From contig JBAUII010000078.1 of NCBI GenBank assembly GCA_049682815.1, positions 37,763-101,762 of the forward strand: a stretch of DNA of 64,000 nt, read 5' to 3'. The position numbers and the translations under genes were made by a program. Positions 59,809-64,000 of the stretch are shown piece after piece. This DNA comes from Thermodesulfobacteriota bacterium. GTDB taxonomy: Bacteria; Desulfobacterota_D; UBA1144; Nemesobacterales; CSP1-2. Each line of letters begins with the position of its first letter. Position 1 is the first letter of the stretch. The notes under the pieces were generated by a model. It saw only the letters and a program-made list of their open reading frames with translations. It was not told the DNA's origin and did no database searches.

Positions 59809-61560
59809 ATGCCAGTACATGACGTTATCATTGTTGGAGGTGGTGGGGCTGGATTACGCGCTGCTATAGCCGTTGCCGAGGAAAACCCAAAATTCAGCGT
59901 AGGAATGATAAGCAAAGTTTATCCTATGCGTAGCCATACCGTGTCTGCAGAGGGTGGAGCCGCCGCGGTGGTTAAGGATAATGACAGCCTGGATGACCAT
60001 TTTAGGGATACCGTGGGAGGAAGTGATTGGTTGGCAGATCAGGATGCTGTCGAGATTTTTATTAAGGAAGCTCCTGAAGAAATGATTCAAATGGAACATT
60101 GGGGTTGCCCTTGGAGCAGAGAGCCGAATGGGAAGGTTGCAGTTCGACCTTTTGGCGGTATGAAAATTGAACGCACATGGTTTGCCGCTGACAAGACGGG
60201 TTTTCATATGCTCCACACACTCTATCAGACCTCGTTAAAATACGGAAACTTGACTTCATACGATGAGTGGTTTGCAACAAATATTCTGGTTGAAAGCGGC
60301 AGATGCCAGGGGATAACAGCATTGGAATTGAGGACCGGCAAGGTTGAGGTAATCGCCGCTAAGGCGGTGATAATATGCACGGGCGGGGCCGGTCGAGTAT
60401 TTCCGTTTACAACGAACGGAGCGATCAAAACCGGAGATGGAATGGCTTTAGCCTATCGTGCCGGCGTAGCTTTAAAGGATATGGAATTTGTACAATATCA
60501 CCCAACAGGTCTTCCCGGAACTGGTATCTTAATCACTGAGGCTGCTCGCGGAGAGGGTGGGATAATGGTAAACAAGGAAGGCTATAGATATCTTCAGGAC
60601 TACGATCTGGGTAAACCCTTAGATGTCTCTCACCCCGACCATCCTGTGAAAAAGAGTATGGAGCTTGGACCTCGAGACCGACTTAGCCAGGCCTTCGTGA
60701 AAGAGGTCGAAAAGGGGAGGACGTTCACTGGTGAATTCGGTGACTATGTTCACCTGGATGTAAGACACCTTGGTGAGAAAAAAATAAATAAGAAAATACC
60801 ATTCGTAAGGGAACTTGTTTCTAAATATGTTGGAATAGACCCCGTGTACTATCCCATACCTGTACGCCCTGTGGTCCATTACTGCATGGGTGGCATAGAT
60901 ACTGATAATGACGGTGCAACCAGTTTGCCAGGACTATTCGCGGCTGGAGAGGTTGCATGTGTTTCAATCAACGGCGCTAACAGGCTGGGTTCAAACTCTC
61001 TCACCGAACTTCTGGTGTTCGGAGCTAGGGCGGGCAGGTCGGCGGCTAGATTTGCGATGGAAAACACTGGACTAAACATGGATTCGCTGCAGAAACAGGG
61101 CGCAGATGAGCTGACAAGAATTAAAAATAACTTCACCGGTAAGCAAGGCGGCACAGAACGCATAGCAGATCTGAGGCAGGAAATGACGAAGGCAATGGAG
61201 ACGGGCGCAGGCATTTATAGGTCTGAGAATAGCTTAAAAGATACGTGTGACACCCTGGCCGAACTCCGCGGTCGATTCGGTAATATAGTAATTGAAGATA
61301 GGAGTCTCACATTTAATACAGAACTTGCTTCGGCGCTTGAGTTGGATTTCATGATAGATGTCGCACAGGCTCTAGCTCATAGTGCGCTCGCGCGGACAGA
61401 AAGCCGTGGTTCGCATCAGCGAACAGATTTTCCGGATCGGAATGATAAGGAATTCCTGAAGCATTCTCTCGCATTGCGAACGCCAGACGGGCCAAAGATA
61501 GAGTATAAAGATGTGGTAATCACGAGCTGGCCCCCCGAAGAGCGAGTGTATGGGAGATAA
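59809..61560 (+). CDS. Succinate dehydrogenase / fumarate reductase flavoprotein subunit
   Basis: FAD-binding [10 protein letters not shown], the HTVSAEGG covalent-FAD His region and HYCMGG. Confidence 0.9.
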   Translation: MPVHDVIIVGGGGAGLRAAIAVAEENPKFSVGMISKVYPMRSHTVSAEGGAAAVVKDNDSLDDHFRDTVGGSDWLADQDAVEIFIKEAPEEMIQMEHWGCPWSREPNGKVAVRPFGGMKIERTWFAADKTGFHMLHTLYQTSLKYGNLTSYDEWFATNILVESGRCQGITALELRTGKVEVIAAKAVIICTGGAGRVFPFTTNGAIKTGDGMALAYRAGVALKDMEFVQYHPTGLPGTGILITEAARGEGGIMVNKEGYRYLQDYDLGKPLDVSHPDHPVKKSMELGPRDRLSQAFVKEVEKGRTFTGEFGDYVHLDVRHLGEKKINKKIPFVRELVSKYVGIDPVYYPIPVRPVVHYCMGGIDTDNDGATSLPGLFAAGEVACVSINGANRLGSNSLTELLVFGARAGRSAARFAMENTGLNMDSLQKQGADELTRIKNNFTGKQGGTERIADLRQEMTKAMETGAGIYRSENSLKDTCDTLAELRGRFGNIVIEDRSLTFNTELASALELDFMIDVAQALAHSALARTESRGSHQRTDFPDRNDKEFLKHSLALRTPDGPKIEYKDVVITSWPPEERVYGR

Positions 61561-61563
61561 CGA

Positions 61564-62322
61564 ATGACAGAGAAGACCATGGAATTGGAGATTCTACGCT
61601 ATCGACCGGAGCAGGACCAAAAGCCCTCTTTTCAAACCTATGTAATACCTTTCAAGAAGGAGTGGGTCGTTTTAGATGCCATTAATCACATAAAGGATCA
61701 TATAGATGGGTCTTTATCATACCGATGGTCATGTAGGATGGGTGTATGTGGGAGTTGTGGTATGATGGTCAACGGTGTGCCAAAACTCACATGCGCGGCA
61801 TTTCTTAAGGATTATTATCCTGAAAAGATTAGAGTTGAACCACTGAATGGATTTCCTATTCAAAGGGATTTAGTCATCGTGATGGACGACTTCATAAATA
61901 AATTGGAAGAAATCAAGCCTTGGATCATTCGGAAGGAGGGAGAAGAAAAATCACTAGAAGAAGGTGAATATCTGCAAACACCCGCTGAACTGGCTGCATA
62001 CAAGCAGTACTCTATGTGTATCAATTGCATGCTCTGTTATGCTGCCTGCCCCGTGTACGCTATTGATAACTCGTTTATCGGTCCCGCAGCAATTGCCCTG
62101 GCACAGCGATACAACATGGATTCTCGCGATCAGGGCCGCGAATTAAGACAGGAAGTCATCGCGAGTAACGAAGGGGTATGGGAATGCACCTTCGTTGGCG
62201 AATGCTCAGAGGTTTGTCCGAAGGACGTCGATCCTGCTGCGGCTATTCAGAGGGGTAAGGTGTCTGGAACAATCGATTATTTTAAGAATGTGATAATTCC
62301 TTGGGGAGGAAAGAGTAAATGA
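61564..62322 (+). CDS. Succinate dehydrogenase / fumarate reductase iron-sulfur subunit
   Basis: 2Fe-2S ([15 protein letters not shown]), 4Fe-4S and 3Fe-4S Cys clusters. Confidence 0.9.
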   Translation: MTEKTMELEILRYRPEQDQKPSFQTYVIPFKKEWVVLDAINHIKDHIDGSLSYRWSCRMGVCGSCGMMVNGVPKLTCAAFLKDYYPEKIRVEPLNGFPIQRDLVIVMDDFINKLEEIKPWIIRKEGEEKSLEEGEYLQTPAELAAYKQYSMCINCMLCYAACPVYAIDNSFIGPAAIALAQRYNMDSRDQGRELRQEVIASNEGVWECTFVGECSEVCPKDVDPAAAIQRGKVSGTIDYFKNVIIPWGGKSK

Positions 62323-62702
62323 ATCCCTATGTTCGTCATTACCCAAATACCTGGTGGTTGAGTAGGCGCCCCTACTTCCTATTTATGGTGAGAGAATTTA
62401 CCTCAATTTTTGTTGCCGGGTATTGCGTTTTTCTCTTGTATTTCATACATAAGCTTTCCCAGGGTCCGGATTCCTATTACGGAGTGATCGAAGCATTGAA
62501 GTCCCCTTTATCGGTAATACTCCACATAATTGCCTTCATTTTCGCTGTGTATCACAGTATTACTTGGTTTAAACTTACTCCAAAGATAATGATCTTAAGG
62601 ATTGGAGAGGAGCGAATACCTCCATTTCTGATATCGGGGGCGAATTTTGTTGCATGGGTCGCGGTTTCCGCTATCCTGGTCTGGATAATCTCGGTGGTAT
62701 AA
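62319..62702 (+). CDS. frdC: Fumarate reductase membrane anchor subunit C (E. coli FrdC-like, heme-less)
   Basis: [16 protein letters not shown] resembles E. coli FrdC. Three TM helices. Confidence 0.75.
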   Translation: MNPYVRHYPNTWWLSRRPYFLFMVREFTSIFVAGYCVFLLYFIHKLSQGPDSYYGVIEALKSPLSVILHIIAFIFAVYHSITWFKLTPKIMILRIGEERIPPFLISGANFVAWVAVSAILVWIISVV

Positions 62703-62704
62703 TA

Positions 62705-63058
62705 ATGAGCAAGTCAAACGATGCAATTTGGTGGTCTTTATTTGCGGCTGGCGGAGTTGTTTCAGCCCTATTTATACCTATATTAATCTTAATCAGTGGT
62801 ATCGTAATCCCATTTACAGTGACAGGCAAAGATGCGTTTCTTTACGAAAGAATTCACGGAGCAGTTACGAACCCAATTATTAGGATTTTGATTTTTTGTC
62901 TTATCATTTTTCCTTTTTTTCACTTCGCTCATAGGTTTCGTTCGATATTAATCGACGTAGGACTTTCGAAATTTCGCCCTGCGATTTCAGTAATTTGCTA
63001 TGGAAGTGCAATTGTTGGAACGCTCCTCACAGCCGTAGTTCTGTGGAACTTTTCCTAA
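62705..63058 (+). CDS. frdD: Fumarate reductase membrane anchor subunit D (FrdD-like)
   Basis: AIWWSLFAAGGVVSAL..LYERI resembles E. coli FrdD. Start assigned to the ATG at 62705. Confidence 0.7.
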   Translation: MSKSNDAIWWSLFAAGGVVSALFIPILILISGIVIPFTVTGKDAFLYERIHGAVTNPIIRILIFCLIIFPFFHFAHRFRSILIDVGLSKFRPAISVICYGSAIVGTLLTAVVLWNFS

Positions 63059-63183
63059 AACTGCTAGTCGATCTTGAAGTAAAATTAATATCTTTTGAGT
63101 AATTTGTTCCACATTCTCATTATATTGGCAATTATTAATTTATTAACATCATAACGCGTAATCTCAAAGGAGGCGCCAGATAA

Positions 63184-64000
63184 GTGAATATTCATGAGTA
63201 TCAAGCAAAGGAATTACTTTCTAAATACGGGGTAAAGGTGCCGACCGGAAAGGTTGCTTTTAGCGAGGATGAGGCAGAACAAATAGCAAAGGATCTAGGT
63301 GTGAATAAATACGTTGTAAAGGCACAAATACACGCAGGCGGTAGAGGCAAAGGAGGTGGCATAAAGCTTTCTAATTCTCCAAGTGAAATCCCTCAGATAG
63401 TTTCTGAACTAATAGGAATGGGTCTCGTAACACATCAGACTGGACCGGAAGGTAAGATAGTTAGAAAGGTATTAATAGAGGAGGCTTCAGAGATTAAGAG
63501 AGAGTGCTACTTAGGAATGGTAATTGATAGGGAAAAAGAAAGAGTCGTCATCATGGCGAGCGGAGAGGGCGGAGTAGAAATCGAAGAGATTGCAAGAACA
63601 CACCCTGAAAGGATTATCAAAGAATATGTAGACCCTTCTCTCGGTCTTATTCCATTTCAGTGCAGGAGAATAGCATATTTTTTGGGTTTCGAAGGAAAGG
63701 CAGTAAACAGAGTAGTTGGTCTAATCACGGGTCTCTATAGAGCCTTTATCGAAAATGATTGCTCTCTCGCTGAGATTAATCCGCTTATTGTTACGAACGA
63801 AGAAGAGATCTTAGCATTGGATGCAAAGCTTAACTTTGACGACAACGCCTTATTTCGTCACCCTGAAATTGAAAAGCTGCGTGATCCGGAGGAAGAGGAT
63901 CCAGCGGAACTGGAGGCGAAATCTTGGGGAATTAGCTATGTCAAACTAGGTGGCAATATCGGATGCCTTGTTAACGGGGCCGGGCTGGCAATGGCGACCA
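63184..64000 (+). CDS. sucC: Succinyl-CoA synthetase beta subunit (ADP-forming), N-terminal part; runs off the window
   Basis: GTG start after the AAAGGAGG RBS. NIHEYQAKELL..VVKAQIHAGGRGKGGG ATP-grasp motifs. Confidence 0.85.
   Translation, partial: MNIHEYQAKELLSKYGVKVPTGKVAFSEDEAEQIAKDLGVNKYVVKAQIHAGGRGKGGGIKLSNSPSEIPQIVSELIGMGLVTHQTGPEGKIVRKVLIEEASEIKRECYLGMVIDREKERVVIMASGEGGVEIEEIARTHPERIIKEYVDPSLGLIPFQCRRIAYFLGFEGKAVNRVVGLITGLYRAFIENDCSLAEINPLIVTNEEEILALDAKLNFDDNALFRHPEIEKLRDPEEEDPAELEAKSWGISYVKLGGNIGCLVNGAGLAMAT

Overview
Bacterial chromosomal window of 64 kb, roughly 42% GC, densely coding, with no rRNA, tRNA, CRISPR array or transposase/integrase detected by eye. The left third (1-30 kb) is accessory-like. 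(i) A four-gene minus-strand respiratory module runs from 4592 down to the window edge. It encodes an octaheme cytochrome c, a Tat-exported NrfC/PsrB-like 4x[4Fe-4S] protein, an NrfD/PsrC-like membrane subunit and an 11-heme cytochrome c fused to a diheme b-type cytochrome (partial, Geobacter CbcL-like). It resembles a Cbc / alternative-complex-III type quinol:cytochrome module. (ii) feoB, a small Cys-rich ORF and a dtxR-family repressor form a second minus-strand unit. (iii) A System I cytochrome c maturation cluster ccmC-(D)-E-F carries the variant CcmE heme-binding motif CxxxY instead of HxxxY. It has no ccmH or ccmG and is followed by two uncharacterised co-oriented genes. (iv) rsmE, a cobA-hemD fusion, an MFS transporter, an ECF sigma / anti-sigma / LTxxQ envelope-stress module, uvrB and a transglutaminase-like protein follow. 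(v) A metal island (bacterioferritin, an RcnR/CsoR-family repressor with an H-C-H-H fingerprint, and a P1B-type ATPase with a non-canonical TM motif) is punctuated by three copies of a roughly 150-220 bp repeat. The terminus of that repeat supplies the last codons and stop of the ATPase. The right half is housekeeping. It holds rimP-nusA-infB-DUF503-rbfA-nrnA-truB-rpsO-pnp, miaA, an nfeD-stomatin pair, a dpp/opp-type ABC transporter, yceD-rpmF-fabD-fabG-acpP-fabF, and a TCA block acnA-icd-mdh-frdABCD-sucC with E. coli-type heme-less FrdCD anchors. Several dyad-symmetric candidate operators and an attenuator-like element are noted. All calls come from reading the sequence and translations; no database searches were run.
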